In this document: in pieces, positions 22,845 through 32,088 of the stretch | How the letters are laid out: every line of letters starts with the position of its first letter | Position numbering within the stretch: position 1 is the stretch's first letter | From: Syntrophorhabdaceae bacterium | Lineage (GTDB): Bacteria > Desulfobacterota > Syntrophorhabdia > Syntrophorhabdales > Syntrophorhabdaceae | Reading direction: 5' to 3' | DNA length: 64,000 nucleotides | Assembly (NCBI GenBank): GCA_963665295.1 | Contig: OY762209.1 | Span: 3,840,001 to 3,904,000 of the forward strand | Notes under the pieces: generated by a model | What the model saw: the letters and a program-made list of their open reading frames with translations, nothing else | What the model was told of the DNA's origin: nothing | Database searches by the model: none | Translations under genes and position numbers: made by a program

Positions 22845-24726
22845 AAAGGAAAGGCTTGGGGAAGATGAATCGCGGAAGTTGAGTGAACTGTCCCGCTTAG
22901 CCAAAGGCGACATTATTACAATGACAAGATTGGCGGGTTCGGGTCATCCGGGAGGTTCAATATCTTCCCTTGACGCGTATCTCGTGTTTTTTTCGTACGC
23001 CCGGCTCGATGGCAAGGCCAGGGACCGGGTCGTGGTGAGCCATGGCCACACGTCTCCAGGCGTCTATGCAAGCCTCGCAAGGCTTGGGTACCTGCCTCCC
23101 GAGGAGGTCGTCGCGTTTTTCAGAAAAGGGGGTAGCCCTTTCGAGGGACATGTGGTCAAAGGCATTCCCTTTATCGACTGGTCTACCGGAAATCTCGGCC
23201 AGGGACTCTCGGCGGGGTGCGGGTTCGCCCTTGCCTCCCGGCTTCGTGAAGAGGACGCCCACGTGTACGTCTTTATGGGAGACGGCGAACAGCAGAAAGG
23301 GCAGATTTCAGAGGCAAGACGGTTTGCGAAGAAATTCGGCCTTTCGAACATTACTGCGGTGATAGACTACAACGGCCTCCAGATCAGCGGAGCCATCGAC
23401 TGCGTGATGCCTCAGAATATCGCGGAAAACTATCTCTCGGACGGATGGGACGTTCTGGAAATCGACGGACATGATTATGGCGAGATCTACGGCGCGCTCA
23501 AAAAAGCGAGAAGCAGCGAGAATCCCACGTGTATCCTTGCCCGCACCGTAATGGGGAAGGGCATACCATTTATGGAGAACAAAGAGAAGTATCACGGGAG
23601 CCCTCTTAATGAGAATGAGTACAAAGAGGCCCTCGCGGCCCTGGGGCTCGATGACCGCATGGAGGCATTCAGAGAGCGGAGAAAAGGTGTGTGTACCTGG
23701 AAGGCCCCTGTAAAGGACACGGAAATGCTTATCGATTCCGGTACGCCCTTCACATACACGGATGCGGACAAGGTTGACAATAGAAGTGCTTTCGGGAAGG
23801 CCCTGAAAGATCTTGGAGAAAGGAATATCGGCAAGGGTGTGATAGTGTGCGCCGTTGACTGTGATCTTGCGAGTTCTGTAAAAACGGCTGATTTTGCAAA
23901 GGTTTTTCCACAGTATTTCTTCCAGAGCGGCATACAGGAGCATAATGCCGCCACCGTCTCGGGCGCCTTGTCCGTAGACGGGGTCCTCACGTTTTTTGCC
24001 GATTTCGGTGCTTTCGGCATAGACGAGACTTACAACCAGCAGAGACTTAACGACATAAACAAGTCAAATCTGAAACTGGTCCTGACCCACGTGGGTCTTG
24101 ATGTGGGACAGGACGGCAAGACCCACCAGTGCGTGGACTACATAAGCCTCGCCAGTAACCTTCACAACTTCAAGGTTATTGTACCCTGTGACCCGAACCA
24201 GACGGACAGAGCTATACGATACGCGGCACGGACGAGAGGCAATTTTCTTGTTGCCATGGGACGTTCGCGCTGGCAGGTAGTGGTGGATAGCCGGGGGACG
24301 CCGGTCTATGGGAACGAGTCTGTCTTTGAATACGGCCGCATGGACCGATTGAGAGAAGGAAAAGAGGCGGTGGTTATCAGTTATGGCGGCATGCTGGGGA
24401 AAGCGCTCTCTATAGCGGATACGCTGGCGAAGGAAGGGATACAGGTTGGAGTGGTGAACATGCCCTCCGTAAAGGAGGTAGATGGGGAGGCTATGGAAAA
24501 GTTGCTCCAGGTACCGGTCATCATTACCTATGAAGACCATAATGTGGAGACGGGTATAGCCCCGCGGATTGCTTCCTATCTTCTCCGCCACGGTTTCAGG
24601 GGACGGATGGAGTCCTTCGGCGTGAAGCAATACGGGGTGTCCGGTGAAGCCGAGGAGGCCTACGAGGTGGAAGGGCTTGACGTGGCGACTATGGTAAAGA
24701 CCCTGTCCGGAATAATCAGGGGCTGA
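22837..24726 (+). CDS. tkt: transketolase
   Basis: GSGHPGGS, SHGH, STGNLGQG, GDGE...N TPP motif and GQDGKTHQ; start MFEKERL overlaps the nth stop. Confidence 0.93.
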   Translation: MFEKERLGEDESRKLSELSRLAKGDIITMTRLAGSGHPGGSISSLDAYLVFFSYARLDGKARDRVVVSHGHTSPGVYASLARLGYLPPEEVVAFFRKGGSPFEGHVVKGIPFIDWSTGNLGQGLSAGCGFALASRLREEDAHVYVFMGDGEQQKGQISEARRFAKKFGLSNITAVIDYNGLQISGAIDCVMPQNIAENYLSDGWDVLEIDGHDYGEIYGALKKARSSENPTCILARTVMGKGIPFMENKEKYHGSPLNENEYKEALAALGLDDRMEAFRERRKGVCTWKAPVKDTEMLIDSGTPFTYTDADKVDNRSAFGKALKDLGERNIGKGVIVCAVDCDLASSVKTADFAKVFPQYFFQSGIQEHNAATVSGALSVDGVLTFFADFGAFGIDETYNQQRLNDINKSNLKLVLTHVGLDVGQDGKTHQCVDYISLASNLHNFKVIVPCDPNQTDRAIRYAARTRGNFLVAMGRSRWQVVVDSRGTPVYGNESVFEYGRMDRLREGKEAVVISYGGMLGKALSIADTLAKEGIQVGVVNMPSVKEVDGEAMEKLLQVPVIITYEDHNVETGIAPRIASYLLRHGFRGRMESFGVKQYGVSGEAEEAYEVEGLDVATMVKTLSGIIRG

Positions 24727-24775
24727 GGAACCAAACCTCAGCAAATACAGATCACCTATCTTAAAAGGGGATGCG

Positions 24776-26062
24776 ATGGATGATATAAAGGGCATGTATA
24801 AGAAGGTTGTAAAGGACAGTTTTCCCGATAGCCTTACCATTGACATGGGCGGGCAGAAGCTCGTGTACAGAAAGAAGGTCTGGAGCATCTTCGACGCCGA
24901 TGAGAATTGCGACGTGGAGAGGGGCATCAGGTATGGCGAGAACCCCGACCAGGCTGCGGCCATGTATGAACTGATCAACGGCAATATAGTGCTGGGGGAT
25001 GTGAGGTTTTTTGACTTCGATGGAGGCCTTACAAGCAAGGTAACCGAGAAGGACATGCTTCAGGTGGGAAAACACCCGGGCAAGATCAATCTCACCGATG
25101 TGGATAATGCCCTCAATATTTTGAAATTCCTTGACCGGAAGCCTGCGTGCGCGATCATGAAACATAACAATCCCTGTGGAGTGGCCTATGGTTCCGTCCC
25201 GGCGGAAGCATTCGAAAAGGCATTCTGGTGTGACAGGATAGCTGCTTTCGGAGGGGCGGTTGTTTTTACAAAAACCCTTGACGCGGAGACGGCGAAGGCT
25301 ATGGTCCCCTACTACTTCGAGGTGGTGTGCGCCCCGGATTTTGAAGGGGCTGCCGTCGACATACTGAAGAAATGGAAGAATCTCCGGATTCTGGAGATAA
25401 AAGAGATAGAAAGGTTACACGCATATAAGACAAAAAGGTTCATAGACATGAAATCGCTGATGGACGGCGGCCTCATCATTCAGGAATCACAGCCCTTCAG
25501 AATAAAAGGGCGGGAGGATCTGAAGACTGCGGAGACCGTGTACAAAGGTGAGACACACAGAATCAAGAGAGCGCCCACCGATAAGGAATATGCGGATATG
25601 CTCTTCGGCTGGTACGTCGAGTCGGGGGTCAGCTCCAATTCCGCCCTTTTTGTAAAGGATGAAGCTACTGTGGCGATAGGCACCGGCGAACAGGACAGGG
25701 TAGGGGTGGTTGAAATAGCCACATTCAAGGCATACAAGAAATTCATGGACGCCGAGGTGTTCAGGAAGTACGGTGTTTCCTATGCCGTCTTCAGACTTGA
25801 GGCGGACCGGAAAGAAAGAAGGATGGAAGACCTTATCGCCATAGAAAAGCATGCCAGAGAGATGAGAGCCGGCCTGACGGGTTCGGTGGTGGTGTCGGAC
25901 GGGTTTTTTCCCTTCAGGGACGGTGTTGACGCAGCGATAAAGGAGGGAGTCACCGGTGTGATTCAGCCGGGTGGGTCTGAGCGCGATTTCGAGGTGATCG
26001 AAGCATGCAACGAATCTGACGTGACAATGGTTTTTGCCGGGCAGAGGCTTTTCAAGCACTAG
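24776..26062 (+). CDS. purH: stand-alone AICAR transformylase domain (C-terminal half of PurH)
   Basis: RYGENPDQ, KHNNPCG, AAFGG, GEQDRV, SDGFFPFRDG and QPGGS motifs; no MGS/IMPCH domain. Confidence 0.85.
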   Translation: MDDIKGMYKKVVKDSFPDSLTIDMGGQKLVYRKKVWSIFDADENCDVERGIRYGENPDQAAAMYELINGNIVLGDVRFFDFDGGLTSKVTEKDMLQVGKHPGKINLTDVDNALNILKFLDRKPACAIMKHNNPCGVAYGSVPAEAFEKAFWCDRIAAFGGAVVFTKTLDAETAKAMVPYYFEVVCAPDFEGAAVDILKKWKNLRILEIKEIERLHAYKTKRFIDMKSLMDGGLIIQESQPFRIKGREDLKTAETVYKGETHRIKRAPTDKEYADMLFGWYVESGVSSNSALFVKDEATVAIGTGEQDRVGVVEIATFKAYKKFMDAEVFRKYGVSYAVFRLEADRKERRMEDLIAIEKHAREMRAGLTGSVVVSDGFFPFRDGVDAAIKEGVTGVIQPGGSERDFEVIEACNESDVTMVFAGQRLFKH

Positions 26063-26178
26063 CTTTGAAGTCCTCTTTGATTTCAGGTACTCCGGGAGAA
26101 TAGGGAAATTTGTGTACGTCGGGGCGGGTGTCCTGTCGGGAATTTCTGCACAAATAGAACAATTCGTTTTAATTTTTA

Positions 26179-26225
26179 TTGACAAAGAGAGTAATATGCA
26201 AATATAATTGTGAAAATTATTACAA
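26179..26225 (+). promoter_or_regulatory. consensus sigma70 promoter of gcdA with overlapping Rex-like box
   Basis: TTGACA-N18-TATAAT (26179-26208); TTGTGAA-AATT-ATTACAA (26208-26225). Confidence 0.6.
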
Positions 26226-26259
26226 TTGAACTAATATCAAAACACCAGGGGAGGTAAAA

Positions 26260-27978
26260 ATGAGACCCTACTTCGAAAAGATGCAGGAATGGGTTAAACC
26301 GGCGAAGGTTAACGCAGCCAACGCCGCGGAGATTAAGAAGGTTGAGGAAGAGTTAGCGGAACTTATCGAAAAGAATAAGAACGCGGGAATGCCTAAGGAG
26401 GTTTTGAACAAGAGAGGAGAATGGACAGTCCATCAGAGACTTGAATATATCGTGGACCCCGGCACATGGGCGCCTCTTCACCTTCTCTATGATCCCATGG
26501 ATGAAGAGTCCGGAACCACGGGCGTTGTGGACGGCCTCGGAAGGATCAATGGCAGATGGTGCGTGATCATCGGTTTCGACAACAAGGTTATGGCGGGTGC
26601 GTGGATTGCAGGCCAGTCAGACAACATACTCAGGGTCACGGACATTGCGAAAAGGCTTCATTGCCCGCTCGTATGGCTCGTCAACTGCAGCGGTGTGAAG
26701 CTGCCTGAGCAGGAAAAGGTTTATGCAAACAGGCGTGGAAACGGCACCACATTCTTCAGGCACGCGGAACTGAATAAATTGGGTATCCCTGTGCTGGCTG
26801 CCATATACGGGACGAACCCCGCAGGTGGTGGATATCAGGGGATCAGCCCCACCCTGCTTCTCGCCCACAAAGATTGTAACATTGCCGTCGGCGGCGCGGG
26901 TATCGTAAGTGGTATGGCACCGAAGGGTTATTTTGACGAGGGAATGGCGGAACAGCTTATCGACGCCACCAGAAAATTCAAATCCGTACCCCCGGGCAGA
27001 GTGGAGATACACTATGACGCCACAGGGTTTTTCAGGGAAGTGCACCCCTCCGAGGAAAGTCTGCTTGACTCCTTGAAGGCCTGGGTGGTCAAGCTGCCCG
27101 CATACGATGCGAGTTTCTTCAGGGTAGCAGCTCCGGCCGAACCCAAGTTCCCGGCGGAAGACCTTTACAATATCGTGGCCTTCAACCAGAAAATGATCTA
27201 CGACGTAGAGCAGTTTATGGCACGGTTGACGGACAATAGTGAGCATATGGAATTCAGGCCGGATTACGGCCCCGAGTTGTATACGGGCCTTGTGAAGATA
27301 GACGGATTCCTTATCGGCGTTGTGGCAAACAGACAGGGTATGATGCCTAAAGGCTATCCCTCTTATGCGCCTTATCCCGGTATTGGTGGAAAGTTCTATC
27401 GTGAAGGACTCATCAAAGTTAACGAATTTGTCACCCTCTGCGGCAGAGACAGGGTTCCCATGCTCTGGATACAGGATACATCCGGTATCGACGTGGGAGA
27501 CATCGCGGAGAAGGCGGAACTTCTCGGCCTCGGTCAGGCCCTTATATACTCCATCGAGCAGAGCGACCTTCCCATGATGACCATCATCCTGAGGAAGGGA
27601 ACCGCCGCTGCCCACTATATCATGGCAGGGCCACAGGCCAACAACAACAACGCCTTCACCATCGGTACGGCGACTACGGAGATCTACGTCATGCACGGTG
27701 AGACCGCCGCGGCAGCGAGCTTTGCGAGAAGGCTCGTAAAAGAGAAAGACGCGGGCAAACCTCTCGCACCGGTCATCGACCAGATGAACAAGCTTGTGAA
27801 AGAATACTACGAGAAGTCCAGACCTGCGTATTGCGCGAGAGCGGGTCTTGTTGACGAAGTTGTAAAACTGACCGACATCAGGAAGTATCTGGTCGGCTTT
27901 GCAAACTGCGTCTACCAGAACCCGGCATCAATCACCCCGCAACACCAGATGATACTCCCGAGAATCATCAAGGGCTGA
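26260..27978 (+). CDS. gcdA: glutaconyl-CoA decarboxylase alpha subunit (carboxyltransferase)
   Basis: LVNCSGVKL, NRRGNGTTFFR, GTNPAGGGY, QDTSGIDVG, RKGTAAAHY and MHGETAA motifs typical of GcdA. Confidence 0.88.
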   Translation: MRPYFEKMQEWVKPAKVNAANAAEIKKVEEELAELIEKNKNAGMPKEVLNKRGEWTVHQRLEYIVDPGTWAPLHLLYDPMDEESGTTGVVDGLGRINGRWCVIIGFDNKVMAGAWIAGQSDNILRVTDIAKRLHCPLVWLVNCSGVKLPEQEKVYANRRGNGTTFFRHAELNKLGIPVLAAIYGTNPAGGGYQGISPTLLLAHKDCNIAVGGAGIVSGMAPKGYFDEGMAEQLIDATRKFKSVPPGRVEIHYDATGFFREVHPSEESLLDSLKAWVVKLPAYDASFFRVAAPAEPKFPAEDLYNIVAFNQKMIYDVEQFMARLTDNSEHMEFRPDYGPELYTGLVKIDGFLIGVVANRQGMMPKGYPSYAPYPGIGGKFYREGLIKVNEFVTLCGRDRVPMLWIQDTSGIDVGDIAEKAELLGLGQALIYSIEQSDLPMMTIILRKGTAAAHYIMAGPQANNNNAFTIGTATTEIYVMHGETAAAASFARRLVKEKDAGKPLAPVIDQMNKLVKEYYEKSRPAYCARAGLVDEVVKLTDIRKYLVGFANCVYQNPASITPQHQMILPRIIKG

Positions 27979-27991
27979 TCAACAAACATAT

Positions 27992-28030
27992 AAACGGGGC
28001 GGGCCTGAATGTCCGCCCCGTTTCTTTTTA
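27992..28030 (+). terminator. intrinsic terminator after gcdA
   Basis: AAACGGGGCGGGC-CTGAAT-GTCCGCCCCGTTT followed by CTTTTTA. Confidence 0.85.
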
Positions 28031-28034
28031 CCTC

Positions 28035-28066
28035 TTGTTAACCAAAGCTCAACAATATGTTGACCA
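28035..28066 (+). promoter_or_regulatory. putative BirA (biotin repressor) operator upstream of bioF
   Basis: TTGTTAACC-N14-TGTTGACCA resembles the BirA box TTGT(C/T)AACC-N14-GGTT(G/A)ACAA and overlaps a TTGACC -35-like hexamer. Confidence 0.65.
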
Positions 28067-28170
28067 TGCATACGATCGATGTTATGTATTTACTCTGTGT
28101 TATGGAGCCGTGCGGGTTGAGCGCTGCCCGGCATGGCTCTTTGTAATTTCCGGTAAAGGAGTGGCCCGGC

Positions 28171-29340
28171 ATGAGAGAGAGATTACGATCGCGAATTGAG
28201 AAAATAAGGGAAAAGGGCAACTACCGGGAGATCCGGTATGTAAAGCCCGTGTCGGACACAACGATAGAGTATGAGGGAAGGGAGTACCTCAACCTCTGTT
28301 CCAACAGCTATCTGTCTCTCCATGCCCATCCGCAGGTAATAGAGGCGGCCAAAGCGGCGGTGGACGAATATGGGGCCGGCACGTGTTCATCCCGGAGCAT
28401 ATCGGGAAGCATCGAGCTCTATCGTATCCTCGAGAAGGAGATAGCGGCGTTCAAGGGCTACCCCGGGGGACTTGTCTTCTCCACCGGCTACATGGCGAAC
28501 ATGGGCGTCGTCGCCACCCTCACGGAGGAGAGGGACGTAATTTTCAGCGATGAACTGAATCACTCGAGCCTCATCGACAGCATGAGGCTTTCCAGGGCGA
28601 AGAAGGTTATCTTCCGCCACCGGGACCTGAACGATCTGGAGGAAAAGCTGAAGAAGGAACAGGCGAAGGGGGTCCGCTTCGTAATCTCCGAATCCGTGTT
28701 CAGCATGGATGGGGACATAGCGCCCATTGCCGGTTTTATGGAGCTGAAAAAGAAATACGGGTTTCTATTCATACTTGACGATGCACACGGTACCGGTGTA
28801 TTCGGACCCACGGGCAGGGGTGGTGCAGAGTCCTTCGGCCTCAACGCCCATATGGACGTGGAGATGGCGACATTCGGAAAATCCTTTGGTTCCTTCGGGG
28901 CGTTTGCTCTCGGCGACGGGATCGTCATCGAGTATCTTATCAACCGGGCGAGGACCTTTATGTACACAACCGCTCTATCGCCGGCGACCCTGGCCGCATC
29001 CATCGCGTCCGTGCGTCTGATCAGGGAAGATCCTTCCTTCAGAAACCAATTGTGGGACAACATCGAGTACATGAGAAGCCGACTCGTGAGTGCGGGCTTT
29101 GATCTCAAGGACAGTGTGGGTCCCATTATCCCCATCGTGGTCGGCGATGATGCAAAGGCGGTGGAGATGCAACACATTCTCATGGAAGAGGGCGTATTCA
29201 TACAGGCGGTGCGGCCTCCTACCGTTGCCCCGGGGACTTCCAGACTGAGGTTGACTGTCGTTCGTTCTTTCACAGGAAATGAGATGGACGTGGCCTTGGA
29301 CGCATTGAGGTATGGGGGACAAAAAGTCGGTATAATATGA
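28171..29340 (+). CDS. bioF: 8-amino-7-oxononanoate synthase
   Basis: SNSYL, GYMAN, DELNHSS, SVFSMDGD, DDAHG, TFGKSFG (PLP lysine) and RPPTV motifs. Confidence 0.9.
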   Translation: MRERLRSRIEKIREKGNYREIRYVKPVSDTTIEYEGREYLNLCSNSYLSLHAHPQVIEAAKAAVDEYGAGTCSSRSISGSIELYRILEKEIAAFKGYPGGLVFSTGYMANMGVVATLTEERDVIFSDELNHSSLIDSMRLSRAKKVIFRHRDLNDLEEKLKKEQAKGVRFVISESVFSMDGDIAPIAGFMELKKKYGFLFILDDAHGTGVFGPTGRGGAESFGLNAHMDVEMATFGKSFGSFGAFALGDGIVIEYLINRARTFMYTTALSPATLAASIASVRLIREDPSFRNQLWDNIEYMRSRLVSAGFDLKDSVGPIIPIVVGDDAKAVEMQHILMEEGVFIQAVRPPTVAPGTSRLRLTVVRSFTGNEMDVALDALRYGGQKVGII

Positions 29341-29358
29341 CACAAGACGCAGGGAGAG

Positions 29359-29850
29359 CTACTTCTCGACCTGAAAGTTTGCTTTCTGCGTCATCTGCTG
29401 TTCTTCCGTGGCGATAGTGGTGGTGAGCACGTAGACACCGGAGGGAAGGTCCTTTGGGACCATAACCTGAAGAGTGGAGGTATGGAGGCCCTGGGCCCGG
29501 TCCGACTCCTGCCTTGAAAGCTCAACTGTGAGTCCCGGCCCGGAAAGGGTCAGTATCTCCGTTACCTTGAAGCGTTTTTCCTTTTGTGGGGAAAGGAGGG
29601 TGAATGCAACCTCCCGCGCTATCCGTTCTCCCGGCCTGACGGTCGCCGCCGACAGTTTCTGGGGCTCGACGATAAGTTCATCCCTGAGGCTCTGGTAACG
29701 ATATCGCCGGGCTGCCTCTTCCCTTTGATCGGGCGGCAGAAGAGTGGAACAGGCACAAATTGCAAGGCTGAGGAACATGAGGGGCAAGAAGACCTTCAAT
29801 GCCCTCGGGACCGCGAATCTGTCCCGGTTGTCATCGCCACGGGTATTCAT
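29359..29850 (-). CDS. hypothetical lipoprotein with an Ig-like beta-rich domain
   Basis: Hydrophobic segment and lipobox ICAC; beta-strand pattern; SD GGAGG. Confidence 0.6.
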   Translation of the reverse strand: MNTRGDDNRDRFAVPRALKVFLPLMFLSLAICACSTLLPPDQREEAARRYRYQSLRDELIVEPQKLSAATVRPGERIAREVAFTLLSPQKEKRFKVTEILTLSGPGLTVELSRQESDRAQGLHTSTLQVMVPKDLPSGVYVLTTTIATEEQQMTQKANFQVEK

Positions 29851-29858
29851 ATTTCCGT

Positions 29859-31304
29859 CTACCTCCCTACTACGAATATTATGTCCTTCACTGATTTGAT
29901 CGCTTTGAACCGTTTCACTGTGACCAGGGCCTTTTCCTTTACCTCAAGGGTCTGGACCGATCCTTTGAGCGTTGCTACACTATCAGCGGTCACCTCGGCT
30001 GTAACACCCTTAATTCCCGCCTCTTCCAGGGCTTTGTTCATCTCTTTCTCAACCTTTGCCGCGTCAAAGACCTCAGACTTTTTTTGGCCTCCCGTGGAAA
30101 AGCTGATTTTCAGACCGCCCTGTATGTGCCCGTTGGCGGTAAAATTTGCGATGGTTGCCTCCCAGCTGGGGCTGTCGGCAAAGTCTTTAGGGGTAATCCT
30201 GTAAGTCAACCTTAAGGGGCTTGGCCCGTCTTTGGCCCCGTGAGCCGCGCCCGTAGACGCGCTGTTTAACATGAGCGCCAACATGCCTCCCGATTCCCAG
30301 GTTGCTTCCACGGTGATCCTCCCCGGCCCGGGCACGCGGAACGTAAGGGAATCTTTGTATTTCAGAGAAGTCCAGCTTGAGGGGGTGAGAGGCGATAGAC
30401 TGAAATGCTTCGCCTCTGTGAAAGAGGCTGCCCTCGCTCCCTCTGTTGGGGAAGGAGACCGCTGTCCAATATGGGTACGGTCCAGGACTTCCTTTACTTC
30501 CAGGTGCCGGCGGACAATTGAAAGAGCCATCGCTTTTTCTCCTTGGTTGTGAAAGGTCCCTGTCATCGTCACACGGTACCTGCCGTCCACCTGGGCCAGC
30601 ACTCCCGACAGCCCGGCGCCGTCCAGTTCCTCGTTAAGTGCTCTTTCGGACTCCAACGGAGACGGAGCGATCCTGATGTTCTCTACTACCCGTTTTACTC
30701 CTCCGTGAGACCTTATTATGGCGAGGGCAGCCTCCCGGTCGGCCCTGGTCTCCACTTTGCCTGTCACGGAAACAACCGCGTCCTTATCGACTTTTACTTC
30801 AAGGCTGACTCCCCTTGTCTTGAGGGCCTCCCGGAGTTGCGATTCCATTTTTGCCGTGCCTCCGCGATAACCGCCGGGGAAAAAATAGGCACTGAAACCT
30901 CCGAGGACAAGGAGTATCAGAGCGACAACCAGGCCGGTGCGCAGTCTGCGACTGCCCCTGCCGCCGGTGATGTGATATCTTGCCTTGGAGGACGGCCTTT
31001 CATCGGGGGAGGGGACGGAGGTGATCTCGGGTTCGGAAGGGGTCAAAGGAGGAAGCACGTATCTCTTGACTTCTTCCAGGGCGCTGCCATCTTCCCCGCA
31101 GTACCGTGCCGGGGGAGAATAGAGGGCTCGACAGAGAGGGCAGAGACGCGCGGTGCCGCCATCGCCCGGAGGGGTAGAAGGGGCGGGACCATCGGCGGAT
31201 GCGGCGGCCGCCTTACGCAGTTCCTCGGATAGAGGCCTGCCGCATCCGCGGCAAAACTTTTCACCTTTTTTCACATAGGTATTACACGCAGGACAAACAC
31301 TCAT
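29859..31304 (-). CDS. zinc-ribbon, TM and multi-BON domain protein
   Basis: CPAC..FCRGCG and CPLC..YCGEDG zinc ribbons, a TM helix, and three BON-like units (VSVTGKV...V.RVVENI; VTMTGT; ATLKGSV...VKD). Confidence 0.75.
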   Translation of the reverse strand: MSVCPACNTYVKKGEKFCRGCGRPLSEELRKAAAASADGPAPSTPPGDGGTARLCPLCRALYSPPARYCGEDGSALEEVKRYVLPPLTPSEPEITSVPSPDERPSSKARYHITGGRGSRRLRTGLVVALILLVLGGFSAYFFPGGYRGGTAKMESQLREALKTRGVSLEVKVDKDAVVSVTGKVETRADREAALAIIRSHGGVKRVVENIRIAPSPLESERALNEELDGAGLSGVLAQVDGRYRVTMTGTFHNQGEKAMALSIVRRHLEVKEVLDRTHIGQRSPSPTEGARAASFTEAKHFSLSPLTPSSWTSLKYKDSLTFRVPGPGRITVEATWESGGMLALMLNSASTGAAHGAKDGPSPLRLTYRITPKDFADSPSWEATIANFTANGHIQGGLKISFSTGGQKKSEVFDAAKVEKEMNKALEEAGIKGVTAEVTADSVATLKGSVQTLEVKEKALVTVKRFKAIKSVKDIIFVVGR

Positions 31305-31413
31305 AAGTTGTTATAAATGTATACCATTTATCTATTCATGTAAATAAGGCGAACCTGCCCCGGTTTCTCGGGAAAAGAGGTTTTCCCCGATCCCGATTTT
31401 GTACATAGAATCA

Positions 31414-31467
31414 TTGTGAATAAAGGCGCAATAGGGGTTGACAAGGGTTCCGAAAATATGGTACAAA
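31414..31467 (+). promoter_or_regulatory. promoter of the hdr-flx operon with an upstream degenerate Rex-like box
   Basis: TTGTGAA-TAAA-GGCGCAA (31414-31431), then TTGACA-N18-TACAAA with an extended TG. Confidence 0.45.
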
Positions 31468-31529
31468 AATCTACACATGGTGCGAAACTACACACTATAT
31501 ATTGATAGTAAATTTAAGAAGGCGGGGTT

Positions 31530-32087
31530 ATGGATGCGCTAAATCTTTCAACAGGCACAGATTGGAGTTTTATTGAAGAGGTGACTGAAGAGAGCGGTCA
31601 GAAGTTGTCCCTCTGTTATCAGTGCGGGAACTGTACGGCCGGCTGTCCGTACACACAGTATTTTGATTACCCCGTAAGCCAGATCATGCGCCTTCTTCAA
31701 ACCGGCCAAAAGGAAACGATACTTTCATCGAAGGCGATATGGCTCTGCGCCACCTGCCAGACATGCACCACCAGGTGTCCATGTGAGGTCGATGTCGCGC
31801 TGGTGATGGACACCTTGAGGATGATTGCACGTCGCGAGAACAAAGTGGCGGAAAAGGACGTGAAGCTTTTTTACGATTCATTCCTTGCGTCATTGAAGGA
31901 GCATGGAAGACTGTTCGAGATGGGAACGCTTATGGCGTATAACGTCAAGTCAGGACATTTCCTTGCCGATGCCGAGTTGGGCCCGAAGGTTATGGAAAAA
32001 GGAAAAATTCACTTCTTTCCCAAGAACATTAAGGGAAGGAACGAGATAGCAAAAATCTTTGCGAGATTCCAGGAGAAGGCAAAATAA
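31530..32087 (+). CDS. hdrC: heterodisulfide reductase-like subunit C
   Basis: CYQCGNCTAGCP and CATCQTCTTRCP. Confidence 0.93.
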   Translation: MDALNLSTGTDWSFIEEVTEESGQKLSLCYQCGNCTAGCPYTQYFDYPVSQIMRLLQTGQKETILSSKAIWLCATCQTCTTRCPCEVDVALVMDTLRMIARRENKVAEKDVKLFYDSFLASLKEHGRLFEMGTLMAYNVKSGHFLADAELGPKVMEKGKIHFFPKNIKGRNEIAKIFARFQEKAK

Positions 32088-32088
32088 C

